Program-made: the position numbers and the translations under genes
From: Myxococcales bacterium
GTDB lineage: Bacteria; Myxococcota; Myxococcia; Myxococcales; Anaeromyxobacteraceae
Direction: 5' to 3'
NCBI GenBank assembly: GCA_038320275.1
Contig: JBBQEB010000052.1
Coordinates: forward strand, 1-22,866
DNA: 22,866 bases
Notes under the pieces: generated by a model
Seen by the model: only the letters and a program-made list of their open reading frames with translations
Database searches by the model: none
What the model was told of the DNA's origin: nothing
In this document: positions 1 to 8,427 of the stretch, piece after piece
How the letters are laid out: every line of letters starts with the position of its first letter
How positions within the stretch are numbered: position 1 is the stretch's first letter

Positions 1-2
1 AG

Positions 3-2189
3 GACCTCTCGCCCAAGCAGAACCACATGCCGGAGCGCGACGCCCACGAGCGCGCGCGGAACTTCAAGGAAGTGAACCTCGGCTACTCGCTCGAGCAGGC
101 GCTCGCCGAGGCGGAGCGCTGCATCCAGTGCGCGAAGCCCACCTGCGTGGCGGGATGCCCGGTGTCCATCGACATCCCGCGCTTCATCCGGCACCTGCTG
201 GTGCGCGACATGGAGGGCGCGGTCGCGGCCATCCGCGAGTCCAACTTCTTCCCATCGGTCTGCGGTCGCGTCTGCCCGCAGGAGTCGCAGTGCGAGGCGC
301 AGTGCATCCTCGTGAAGAAGATGGAGCCGGTCGCCATCGGGCGACTGGAGCGGTTCGTGGGTGACAACGCCCCCCCCGCCATCTCGATGCCCCCCGCCAT
401 CGCGCCTCACCAGAGGCTGGGGAAGGTCGCCATCTGCGGTTCCGGCCCGGCCGGCCTCGCCGCCGCTGCCGACCTCGTCCGCTACGGCGCGGACGTGACG
501 GTGTTCGAGGCGCTGCACGTGGTGGGCGGCGTGCTCCAGTACGGCATCCCGTCCTTCCGGCTCCCGCGCGAGATCATCTCCCGCGAGGTGCAGGCGCTGA
601 AGGACATGGGCGTCAAGATCGAGACCAACAAGGTCATCGGCAAGACCTTCACCGTCCAGCAGCTCATGAAGGACAAGGGCTACGACGCCGTGTTCCTGGG
701 CGTCGGCGCCGGCGCGCCCGCCTTCCTGGGCATCCCGGGCGAGAACCTGTCGCAGGTCTACAGCGCGAACGAGTTCCTCACGCGCGTGAACCTCATGGGC
801 GGCGATCGCTTCCCGTACCTCGACACGCCCGTCACGCTCGGCAAGAGCGTCGCCGTCATCGGCGCCGGCAACACCGCCATGGACTGCCTGCGCGTCGCGA
901 AGCGGCTCGGCGCCCCGACGGTGCGCTGCGTCTACCGGCGCACCGAGGCCGAGGCGCCCGCACGCATCGAGGAGATCCGCCACGCCAAGGAGGAGGGCAT
1001 CGAGTTCTTCTTCCTCCACGGCCCCGTCGCCATCGAGGGCGACAAGGACGGAAACGTCACCGGCATGAAGGTCGAGCGGATGGTGCTCGGCGAGCCGGAC
1101 GAGAAGGGGCGCCGCAAGCCGGTGGGCACCGGCGAGATCATCACCCTCGAGTGCGACACGGTCATCTCGGCCCTGGGCACCAAGGCGAACCCGATCATCA
1201 CCCAGTCGACGCCCGGCCTCGAGCTCAACAAGTGGGGCAACATCGCGGCCGATGACGGCAAGCTGGACTCGACCCAGGCCACCAGTATCCCCGGCGTCTT
1301 CGCGGGAGGCGACATCGTGACGGGCGGCGCCACGGTCATCCTCGCCATGGGGGCGGGGCGGCGCGCCGCGAAGTCCGTCGCTACGTACCTCCAGCACAAG
1401 AAGCAGAAGTGGCCCATCACGAAGGAGGACGTCGCCGCCTTCGTGGCTCCGGACGCCCATGCGCGCCCGGTCGACGAGGGGTTCCACGTGGGGGCGACGG
1501 TAGTGGAGGGTGCGATGCAGGTTCCGATGGCGAAGGCTCCGATGGACATTCCGCCGAACTACTGCCCGAAGTGCCACCGCCCGCTCGAGGGCAACGAGCA
1601 GTACGTCTGCTGCGCCGACGCGAAGCTCGCCTGGCGCTGCGGCGAGTGCGCGAAGGTGAGCGAGGGCTTCGCCTTCCCGTACGGACTCTGTCCGAACTGC
1701 GGCGCGGGGAAGCTCACGCCGGTGGACGAGCGCCAGGTGAGCAGCGCCGAGGCGCACCAGGCCATCCGGACCGCATTCGAGATCGAGCTGGGGGGAAAGG
1801 CCTTCTACACGCAGGCGTCGCGCGACGCGGCCGAGCCGGTGCTCAAGGAGCTCTTCTCCAAGTTCGCCGCCATGGAGGGGGAGCACATGACGACGCTCTC
1901 CCGGCGCTATCACACCGACATCCCGGCAACCGCGGACCTCAAGATCGACCGCGCGGCGATCTACGCAGGGATCCCCAACCGGCCCGAGGACCCTGCCAAC
2001 CTCTTCCGCATCGCCATCGCGTTCGAGGAGCGGGCCGTGAAGTTCTTCTCCGAGCGCGGGGCTTCCTGCTCCGAGGGCTCCGCCGAGCGCGAGCTCTACC
2101 GCGAGCTCGCGGCCGAGGAGCGCGAGCACGTCGACATCCTCACGACGGAGTTCGAGCGGTACAAGCAGGGGAAAGCGGGGATGCTGTAA
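3..2189 (+). CDS. gltA: NADPH-dependent glutamate synthase small-subunit-like / SudA / NfnB-type Fe-S flavoprotein with C-terminal Cys-rich module and rubrerythrin (ferritin-like) domain; probably 5'-partial
   Basis: EAERCIQCAKPTCVAGCPV and CGRVCPQESQCEAQC Fe-S motifs; FAD motif GSGPAG; NAD(P) motif GAGNTAMD followed by YRR; GVFAGGDIVTG. The frame is open from position 3 (DLSPKQNHM), so the true start may lie upstream of the window. The C-terminus has CxxC/CC/CxxC/CxxC and two ExxH helices. Confidence 0.9.
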   Translation, partial: DLSPKQNHMPERDAHERARNFKEVNLGYSLEQALAEAERCIQCAKPTCVAGCPVSIDIPRFIRHLLVRDMEGAVAAIRESNFFPSVCGRVCPQESQCEAQCILVKKMEPVAIGRLERFVGDNAPPAISMPPAIAPHQRLGKVAICGSGPAGLAAAADLVRYGADVTVFEALHVVGGVLQYGIPSFRLPREIISREVQALKDMGVKIETNKVIGKTFTVQQLMKDKGYDAVFLGVGAGAPAFLGIPGENLSQVYSANEFLTRVNLMGGDRFPYLDTPVTLGKSVAVIGAGNTAMDCLRVAKRLGAPTVRCVYRRTEAEAPARIEEIRHAKEEGIEFFFLHGPVAIEGDKDGNVTGMKVERMVLGEPDEKGRRKPVGTGEIITLECDTVISALGTKANPIITQSTPGLELNKWGNIAADDGKLDSTQATSIPGVFAGGDIVTGGATVILAMGAGRRAAKSVATYLQHKKQKWPITKEDVAAFVAPDAHARPVDEGFHVGATVVEGAMQVPMAKAPMDIPPNYCPKCHRPLEGNEQYVCCADAKLAWRCGECAKVSEGFAFPYGLCPNCGAGKLTPVDERQVSSAEAHQAIRTAFEIELGGKAFYTQASRDAAEPVLKELFSKFAAMEGEHMTTLSRRYHTDIPATADLKIDRAAIYAGIPNRPEDPANLFRIAIAFEERAVKFFSERGASCSEGSAERELYRELAAEEREHVDILTTEFERYKQGKAGML

Positions 2190-3373
2190 CGCGGACGACC
2201 GGCAGAGGGGGCCGCGGCCCGCCCCTCCTCATCGCCGCCGCGCTGGGTGCTGGGCTCCTGCTCGCGGCGTGCGGCGAGGGAAGCTTCTCGATCGGCGCGC
2301 TGTCCGAAGGCCTCGCCGAGGCCCCGCGGCAGGCCCCGGCGGACGCCGGCGCCCTGCCGCCCGCGAGCCCGGACGCAGGCGGGTCGCCCGTCGCCTCCGG
2401 GGATGGGGGCACCCTTGCCGACGCGGGGGGCGCTCCCGGCACGGCCCCCGACGCCGGCAGCGCGTTCGCGCCTCCCCCCGCGGGAGCCGGGCCGCAGATC
2501 GGCGGCTGCCCGGTGTTCCCGCCGGGCGACCTTTGGAACCGGGACGTGAGCGGGGCGCAGGTGGATCCCGCCTCCGACGCCTACCTGCAGGCGATGTCGC
2601 CGGAGGCGAAGGTGGGGCTCGCCTTCGGGCTCACCGAGACGTACTGGGGCGCTCGCTTCGTGGTGGTCCCTCCCGAGCAGCCGCTCGTTCCCATCACGTA
2701 CGGAGTGGATGGCGAGAGCTATGCCTCGCAGAGCGATCCGGGCCCGCTTCCCATTCCGCTCGACGTGCCCATCCAGGGAGGGAGCGACGCCAATCCCGAC
2801 CCGTCCTCCGGGGATCGCCACGTCATCGTGATCCAGAGCGGCACCTGCCAGCTCTTCGAGCTGTACCAGGCTGTCCGGGAGCCCGGCGGCTTCCGGGTGT
2901 CCTCCTCGGCCCGCTTCGACCTGCGCACCGACGGGCCGCGGCCGGCCGGCTTCACCTCCGCAGACGGCGCCGGGCTCCCCATCTTCCCGGGGCTCGTCCG
3001 GTGGGAGGAGGTCGCATCGGGCGAGATCCACCACGCGCTCCGCTTCACGCTGCCGCGCGCCCAGAACGCCTACGTGGCGCCCGCCAACCACTGCGGCCCC
3101 GAGGCGGATCGCTCGCTCGCGCCGATGGGCCTGCGGGTCCGGCTGCGCGCCTCGTTCGACGAGTCGCCGTATTCCTCGAGCACCCGCGTGCTCCTGCGGG
3201 CGTGGAAGCGATACGGCCTCATCCTCGCCGACGTGGGAGACCCCTGGGCCGTCGACGGCGTCTCGGACCCGGGGTTCGCGGACGCGCTGCGAGAGCTGCG
3301 CGCCATCCCGGTGCGCGGCAGCGCTTTCGAGGTGGTCGAGACGGGCACGATCGAGCGTTGCGGCGGGTTTTGA
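2186..3373 (+). CDS. Uncharacterised secreted lipoprotein (low-complexity linker plus conserved hypothetical domain); start codon uncertain
   Basis: Hydrophobic stretch with lipobox LLAAC (Cys codon at 2270), an Ala/Pro/Gly linker, then a globular domain (GGCPVFP..WN, GDRHVIVI, TSADGAGLPIFPGLVR, HALRFT, PMGLRVRL) with normal GC3 bias. No in-frame ATG/GTG/TTG lies close before the signal peptide. Confidence 0.75.
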   Translation, partial: VTRTTGRGGRGPPLLIAAALGAGLLLAACGEGSFSIGALSEGLAEAPRQAPADAGALPPASPDAGGSPVASGDGGTLADAGGAPGTAPDAGSAFAPPPAGAGPQIGGCPVFPPGDLWNRDVSGAQVDPASDAYLQAMSPEAKVGLAFGLTETYWGARFVVVPPEQPLVPITYGVDGESYASQSDPGPLPIPLDVPIQGGSDANPDPSSGDRHVIVIQSGTCQLFELYQAVREPGGFRVSSSARFDLRTDGPRPAGFTSADGAGLPIFPGLVRWEEVASGEIHHALRFTLPRAQNAYVAPANHCGPEADRSLAPMGLRVRLRASFDESPYSSSTRVLLRAWKRYGLILADVGDPWAVDGVSDPGFADALRELRAIPVRGSAFEVVETGTIERCGGF

Positions 3374-3398
3374 GCCGAGAGAGGAGGGCCGGCCCCTC

Positions 3399-4211
3399 GT
3401 GGAGCTGAACCCGCAGAAGCAGCAGATGGCGGACGAGTCGATGGTCCGGAACCTCGCCGCCCAGGTGGAGGCCATCTGGCCGCAGGAGCGGGAGCTCCTG
3501 GCGAGACACCGTCTCCCCGAGGACGTCGCGATCCTGGACGCCGGCTGCGGCACGGGTGAGGCCACCGGCCGGCTGGCGGACCTTTTTCCCCGCTCGACCG
3601 TGCTCGGGGTGGACGTTCTCGAGGCTCACCTCGATCTGGCGCGCCGGCGCCACGCAGCGCTGGGCGACCGGGTACGCTTCGAGGCGGGCAGCATCTTCGA
3701 GCTGCGACTTCCCGACCACACGTTCGATCTGGTCGCCTGCCGGCACGTCCTTCAGTCCATCCCGCGTCCCGAGCGCGCGCTCGCCGAGCTGGTGCGGGTG
3801 ACGAAGCCAGGGGGGCGCCTCCATCTCATCGCCGAGGATTACGGGATGATTCACTTCGCCGGGAGCCGGCTCGGCGCGGATGCCTTCTGGGCGGAAGGGC
3901 CAGCGAGCTTCGGCGCGCGGACCGGAACCGACATGCGGATCGGCCGGAGCACCTTCGGGCTGCTCCGCGCCCTCGGGCTCGGCTCCCTCACCATCGACTA
4001 CGTGGTGGTGGACACGCTGCGCGTTCCACGCGGGACCTTCGCGGCCATCTGGGAAGCCTGGCGCGACGGCTATACCGACGTGCTCGCTGCCCACTCGCGC
4101 TTCACGCGGGAGGAGGTCCTGGCGCACTTCGAGGAGCAGCTCGCCATCCTGCGCGATCCGGACGGCTATGCGGTGTGGCTCGTCCCGGTGGTGGGCGCGG
4201 TGGTGGGGTGA
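3399..4211 (+). CDS. Class I SAM-dependent methyltransferase
   Basis: Motif I ILDAGCGTG, post-I VLGVD, FDLVACRHVL, VTKPGGRL; GTG start with GAGGAGG upstream. Confidence 0.9.
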   Translation: MELNPQKQQMADESMVRNLAAQVEAIWPQERELLARHRLPEDVAILDAGCGTGEATGRLADLFPRSTVLGVDVLEAHLDLARRRHAALGDRVRFEAGSIFELRLPDHTFDLVACRHVLQSIPRPERALAELVRVTKPGGRLHLIAEDYGMIHFAGSRLGADAFWAEGPASFGARTGTDMRIGRSTFGLLRALGLGSLTIDYVVVDTLRVPRGTFAAIWEAWRDGYTDVLAAHSRFTREEVLAHFEEQLAILRDPDGYAVWLVPVVGAVVG

Positions 4212-4227
4212 AACTGCTCGGGCCCCG

Positions 4228-4668
4228 TCAACGATAATCGGTGATCTTGCGGCGCCCGGCTCCGAGCTTCGGCTCCCGGCGGGCCTCGCAGGCGGCGCAG
4301 CGGACCGCGTAGGGCATGAGCGCGAGCCGCCGCGGCGCGATGGGCTCCTCGCACTCCTCGCACAGGCCAAAGTCGTCCGGCGAGGTCGCGAGCTTGCGGA
4401 GGGCGGCGTCGATGCGGCCGAGGAGCTCCGCCTGGCCACGATTTCGCTGGGAGGCCAGCGCCTGCAGCATCTCCGAGAGCGCCTGCGCGTCCTCGTCCGC
4501 GACGCCGCTGCTGCTCGGATCGGTACGGTTCGGCTCGATGCGCGCGGGGCCCGCGCCGGCCAGCTCCGACCGGAGGCTCGCGAGCGCCCGGCGCGCGGCC
4601 TCGCGCGCGAGCGCCTCGCGGGCGCTGCGATCAGCGGACCGCTCCACGGCGGACGCACGTCGTGCCAT
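4228..4668 (-). CDS. TraR/DksA family C4 zinc-finger protein
   Basis: Helical region followed by FGLCEECEEPIAPRRLALMPYAVRCAAC. ATG at 4668 has GGAGG upstream and is preferred over 4692. Confidence 0.88.
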   Translation of the reverse strand: MARRASAVERSADRSAREALAREAARRALASLRSELAGAGPARIEPNRTDPSSSGVADEDAQALSEMLQALASQRNRGQAELLGRIDAALRKLATSPDDFGLCEECEEPIAPRRLALMPYAVRCAACEARREPKLGAGRRKITDYR

Positions 4669-4732
4669 GCGCTCCTCCGGCGGCGCCTCCATCCCAACCC
4701 ACGGGCCAGGACAGAGGGCGCACGTCGCGGTG

Positions 4733-5131
4733 TCAGTTCTGCGACGGAGCTCCGGCCTTGAACCCGAGCGCGTCGATGGTCTTCGTCAGCTTGGCCGGAT
4801 CGACCTTCTTCGTGTCGGCGATGACGACCGCCTGGCCCTTCTCCACGTCCGCGTCGACCGCCTTCACGCCGTCCACGCCGCGCAGCGCGGTCTGGACGCG
4901 CGAAACGCACTGGTCGCAGTGCATCCCGGAGACCGGGATGGTGAGCCGCGACTCGCCGGCCGCGAGCGGCCGCGCGGAAGGAGCCGCGGCCTGGGCGCTC
5001 TTCGCCGCCGGCTTGGCGTGGAAGTCCGACGCCTTGGTGGTGGTGGCGGTCTCCTTGTCGCAGCCGGGGCAGGCGCTGGCGACCTGCGGGGCGAGGAGGG
5101 CGACGGCGAACAGCGCGAGAAGGGTCTTCAT
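4733..5131 (-). CDS. Exported heavy-metal-associated (HMA; MerP/CopZ-like) domain protein
   Basis: Signal peptide MKTLLALFAVALLAPQVASA, then CPGC, an Ala/Lys/Thr linker and the HMA motif VSGMHCDQCV...GV...IDALGF. ATG at 5131 has GGAG upstream. Confidence 0.88.
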   Translation of the reverse strand: MKTLLALFAVALLAPQVASACPGCDKETATTTKASDFHAKPAAKSAQAAAPSARPLAAGESRLTIPVSGMHCDQCVSRVQTALRGVDGVKAVDADVEKGQAVVIADTKKVDPAKLTKTIDALGFKAGAPSQN

Positions 5132-5195
5132 GGTTGGGCGCTCCAGAAGCGAGGGGGACCCTGGAAATGACCGCGCCAGGCACGGCGCGCCACCC

Positions 5196-5924
5196 TCATT
5201 CGGGAGCGTCGCGCCGAGCCGCAGGGCGCGTGCGACGCGCGGTTGACCGCGGCGCATACGCGCGCAGGAAGGCGCCCACACCGCTCTCCACGGCGGCCCG
5301 GATCTCCGCCCGCCCGACCACGCCCGCCACCCCGAGCTGGCAGCGCCGCTGGAGCTCCCCGCAACAGAGGTCGAGGAGGTGGTTGGCGGCGACCGTCGTG
5401 TCGGGCGCCTGGAGCGTGCCGCGCGCCACCGCCTCGTCGAGGTAGCGCGCCATGCGCGTCGTGAGGCTGCGAGCCCCCGCCTCGTAGAAGAAGCGGCCCA
5501 CCTCGGGAAACTCGGCTGCGGCGGCCACTACGACCCGGTGGATCGCCCGCGCGCCAGGGGAGGTGATGAAGCCGACCACCTTCTCGCCGATGCGCCGGAG
5601 CTGATCGCCGAGCTCGCCCGCGGGCGCCTGGAAGATGGCGAGCAGCTCGTCGCGCGTCCCGCGCGACTCCTCCTGCACGCAGGCCACGAAGAGGGCCGCC
5701 TTGTCCCCGAAGTGAACGTAGATGGTGGGCTTGGATACCCGGGCCCGCTGCGCGATGTGCTCCACGCTCGCCCCCGCGTAGCCGAGGCGCGCGAACGCCT
5801 CGCGGGCGGCGGCGAGGATGCGGCCACGGTGCGAGTGATCGCGGCCCGGCCCTGCGGCGGGGGCGACCGGCTCGACCGGTTCGCCTCCAGGCGCCGCGCG
5901 CTTCCCGCTTGCCCTCCGAGCCAT
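5196..5924 (-). CDS. TetR/AcrR family transcriptional regulator, probable repressor of the efflux operon
   Basis: HTH ILAAAREAFARLGYAGASVEHIAQRARVSKPTIYVHFGDKAALF; C-terminal FPEVGRFFYEAG resembles the AefR-like domain; AAGGA before the ATG; divergent from the TolC gene. Confidence 0.92.
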   Translation of the reverse strand: MARRASGKRAAPGGEPVEPVAPAAGPGRDHSHRGRILAAAREAFARLGYAGASVEHIAQRARVSKPTIYVHFGDKAALFVACVQEESRGTRDELLAIFQAPAGELGDQLRRIGEKVVGFITSPGARAIHRVVVAAAAEFPEVGRFFYEAGARSLTTRMARYLDEAVARGTLQAPDTTVAANHLLDLCCGELQRRCQLGVAGVVGRAEIRAAVESGVGAFLRAYAPRSTARRTRPAARRDAPE

Positions 5925-5932
5925 GATCCTTT

Positions 5933-5947
5933 ACTACACGGTTTAGT
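5933..5947. promoter_or_regulatory. Candidate TetR operator (imperfect palindrome ACTACACGGTTTAGT)
   Basis: 12 of 15 positions match its reverse complement. It lies in an AT-rich patch of the 68-bp divergent intergenic region. Confidence 0.55.
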
Positions 5948-5992
5948 TTAGGTCCGCACCTGGAACGTTCGCCCCAAGGGACCCAGCGCCGC

Positions 5993-7342
5993 ATGCCCCA
6001 TCAGCCCAGCTCGCCGGCCGCACGCCTGGCCACCGCCGCCGCTCTCGCCGCTCTCGTGGCATCCCTCGCCGCCGCGCCCGCTCCGGCACGGGCGCTCCAG
6101 CCGCTCGACGCGTTCCTCAGGGGAGCGCGCGGCGCGGGGACGGACGTGCGCGAGGCGCGCGCGAACGCGGAGGCCCAGTCGGCGCAGGCCGGGATCGCCG
6201 CCGGGCGGCTTCTCCCAGGCCTGTCGGCCCGCGGCGTCTACACGCGCAACCAGTACGAGACGGTGATCGACTTCCCGCCCGCGGCGGGATCGCCGCCCAT
6301 GGCCATCACGCTCACCCCCGCGAACCAGCTCGACATCTTCGCCGCCGTCTCGGTGCCCCTCGTCGATCTGGCTGCCTTCGCCCGCGCCTCTGCGGCCCGG
6401 CGCAGCGCGGCCTCCGCCCGGGAGTCCGAAGCGAGCGCGGAGCTGCAGACCGACGCCTCCGTGGCCCAGGACTACTACCAGCTCGTCGCGAACGTGGGGC
6501 TGGTGGCCGCGGCGGAGCGCGCCCTCTCGGTGTCGAGAGCGAGCCTCGCCCTCTTCCAGCAGCGCTTCGAGGCGGGCGCCGCCGCGAGGCTCGACCTCGA
6601 CCGCGCCCAGGCCGAGGTGGAGCGAGCGATCCAGCAGCTCGCCTCGGCGCAGCTCCAGGTGGAGCTCGCCGCCCGCTCCCTCGCCTCGCGGACAGGCGTG
6701 GCCCCGGACCTCTCCGGAGAGGCGCTCGAGCTCCCGCGCAAGCTGGACGAGGAGCCACCCCTCACGACCTTCACCCCGGCGGGCTTCGCGCCGCCTTCCC
6801 TGCGCGCGGCGACCGAGGCGCGCATGGCGCAGGAGGGCCAGGCCCGCGCGCAGAAGCGGACGCTCCTCCCGGCGCTCTCGGGCGCGTTCAACGAGCACGT
6901 CACCAACGCGGCCGGGTTCATCGGGCACGAGTACGCCTGGCAGGCGACGCTCACGCTCTCCTGGGCTCTCGACTTCACCACCGCCGCCAGCATCCGCGCC
7001 CAGGAGGCGCTTGCCGAGGGGGCGCGCGCGCGGGAGGAGCGGGCCCGGCTGGCGGCCCTGGACGGCGTACACCGCGCCTGGAACACCGTGCACACCGGCA
7101 TCGCGCGCAGCCGCTCGGCCGCCGCTCAGGCCGAGGTGAGCCGGCGCGCTGCCGAGCTGGCGGACGACCGCTACCGGGCCGGCGCCGCCACGCAGCTCGA
7201 CCTTCTCCAGGCCCAGCGGGACGCCTTCGCCGCCGACGCCAATCGCGTCCAGGCCGATGCCGACCTCGTCAACGCGCGCGCCCAGCTCCGCGTCGCCTCC
7301 GGCCAGCCGCTCCTCCAGCCTCCCGAAAGAGGAAGACCATGA
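5993..7342 (+). CDS. TolC family outer membrane efflux protein
   Basis: Signal peptide, two OEP-like repeats (VAQDYYQL, RFEAGAAARLDL, RYRAGAATQLDLLQAQ); first gene of a tripartite efflux operon. Confidence 0.92.
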   Translation: MPHQPSSPAARLATAAALAALVASLAAAPAPARALQPLDAFLRGARGAGTDVREARANAEAQSAQAGIAAGRLLPGLSARGVYTRNQYETVIDFPPAAGSPPMAITLTPANQLDIFAAVSVPLVDLAAFARASAARRSAASARESEASAELQTDASVAQDYYQLVANVGLVAAAERALSVSRASLALFQQRFEAGAAARLDLDRAQAEVERAIQQLASAQLQVELAARSLASRTGVAPDLSGEALELPRKLDEEPPLTTFTPAGFAPPSLRAATEARMAQEGQARAQKRTLLPALSGAFNEHVTNAAGFIGHEYAWQATLTLSWALDFTTAASIRAQEALAEGARAREERARLAALDGVHRAWNTVHTGIARSRSAAAQAEVSRRAAELADDRYRAGAATQLDLLQAQRDAFAADANRVQADADLVNARAQLRVASGQPLLQPPERGRP

Positions 7343-8412
7343 CGTCCCGCCCCATGCGCCGAGCTCCCTCCCTCGCGCTCGCCGCGCTGGTCGCGCTGGC
7401 CGGCTGTCGCAAGGCGAAGGAGGAGCCGCTCGCGCCACCGCCCCCCGCGATCCAGGTCACGGCCGCCCCCGCGCAGGCCCGCCCCATGCCGCGCTCGCTG
7501 CCGCTCACCGGCGCGCTGATCGCGAACCAGCAGGCGGACGTCGCCGCCAATGCCTCCGGACGCGTGACGAAGACCTTCGTGGAGCGTGGAGCCTTGGTCC
7601 GCGCTGGTGCCCCGCTCGCGCAGCTCGACGTCCGCGGCGTTTCGCTGAGCGAGGAGGAGGCGAACGCCAATCTCGAGACGGCCCGCGCGCAGCAGGGGCT
7701 CGCCGACGCGCAGTGCAAGCGGTACCAGTCGCTGTACGACAAGGGGGCGATCAGCCGGGACGAGTGGGATCGGTTCACAGCCGGCTGCCGCACCTCGTCG
7801 TCGGCGGCGAGGGCGGCGCGGGCGCGGGTGGGGCTCGCCCGCAAGAACCTCTCCGACGCCACCGTGCGGGCTCCCTTCGCGGGCATGATCGCCGAACGGT
7901 ACGTGAGCGCCGGCGAGTACGTGCAGCCGCAGAGCAAGGTGGCGACGGTGGTGGAGCTCACGCCCATCCGCCTGCAGATCACCGTCAGCGAGGCGGACGT
8001 CTCGCAGGTGAAGGAGGGGCAAGCGGTGGCGTTCGAGGTGGAGGCATTTCCGGGCGAGACCTTCACCGCCAAGGTGGCCTTCGTCGGGCCGTCGGTGCGG
8101 ACCGCCACCCGCGATCTGGTGGTGGAGGCGATCGCCCCCAACGTCGACCGCAAGCTCCGGCCCGGCATGTTCGCATCGGTCAAGCTGCAGCTCGCGGACG
8201 AGCTTCGCCCGGCGGTGCCCCGCTCGGCGCTGCGCACCGACGGCAGCACCTCGCGCCTGTTCGCGGTGGTGAACGGCCACCTCGAGGAGCGGGTGGTCCA
8301 GGTGGGACCCGAGCGAGACGGGCTCGTCGCCGTGCTCGAAGGACTGAAACCCGGGGAACAGGTGGTCACACAGCTCACCGACGCCGTCCGCGACGGCGTC
8401 CCGGTACGCTAG
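7339..8412 (+). CDS. RND efflux periplasmic adaptor (membrane fusion protein), lipoprotein
   Basis: Lipobox LAGC; SGRVTKTFVERG, VRAPFAGMI, LRPGMFA, GLKPGEQVV; ATGA overlap with the upstream stop. Confidence 0.94.
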   Translation: MTSRPMRRAPSLALAALVALAGCRKAKEEPLAPPPPAIQVTAAPAQARPMPRSLPLTGALIANQQADVAANASGRVTKTFVERGALVRAGAPLAQLDVRGVSLSEEEANANLETARAQQGLADAQCKRYQSLYDKGAISRDEWDRFTAGCRTSSSAARAARARVGLARKNLSDATVRAPFAGMIAERYVSAGEYVQPQSKVATVVELTPIRLQITVSEADVSQVKEGQAVAFEVEAFPGETFTAKVAFVGPSVRTATRDLVVEAIAPNVDRKLRPGMFASVKLQLADELRPAVPRSALRTDGSTSRLFAVVNGHLEERVVQVGPERDGLVAVLEGLKPGEQVVTQLTDAVRDGVPVR

Positions 8413-8427
8413 AGAGGCTCGGAAGAC

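Noticed and set aside
1409..2185. N-terminal part of the 654-aa ORF 1409..3373
   Set aside because: It overlaps the flavoprotein in another frame and is Arg/Gly/Ala-rich noise. Only the part from about 2186 looks coding.
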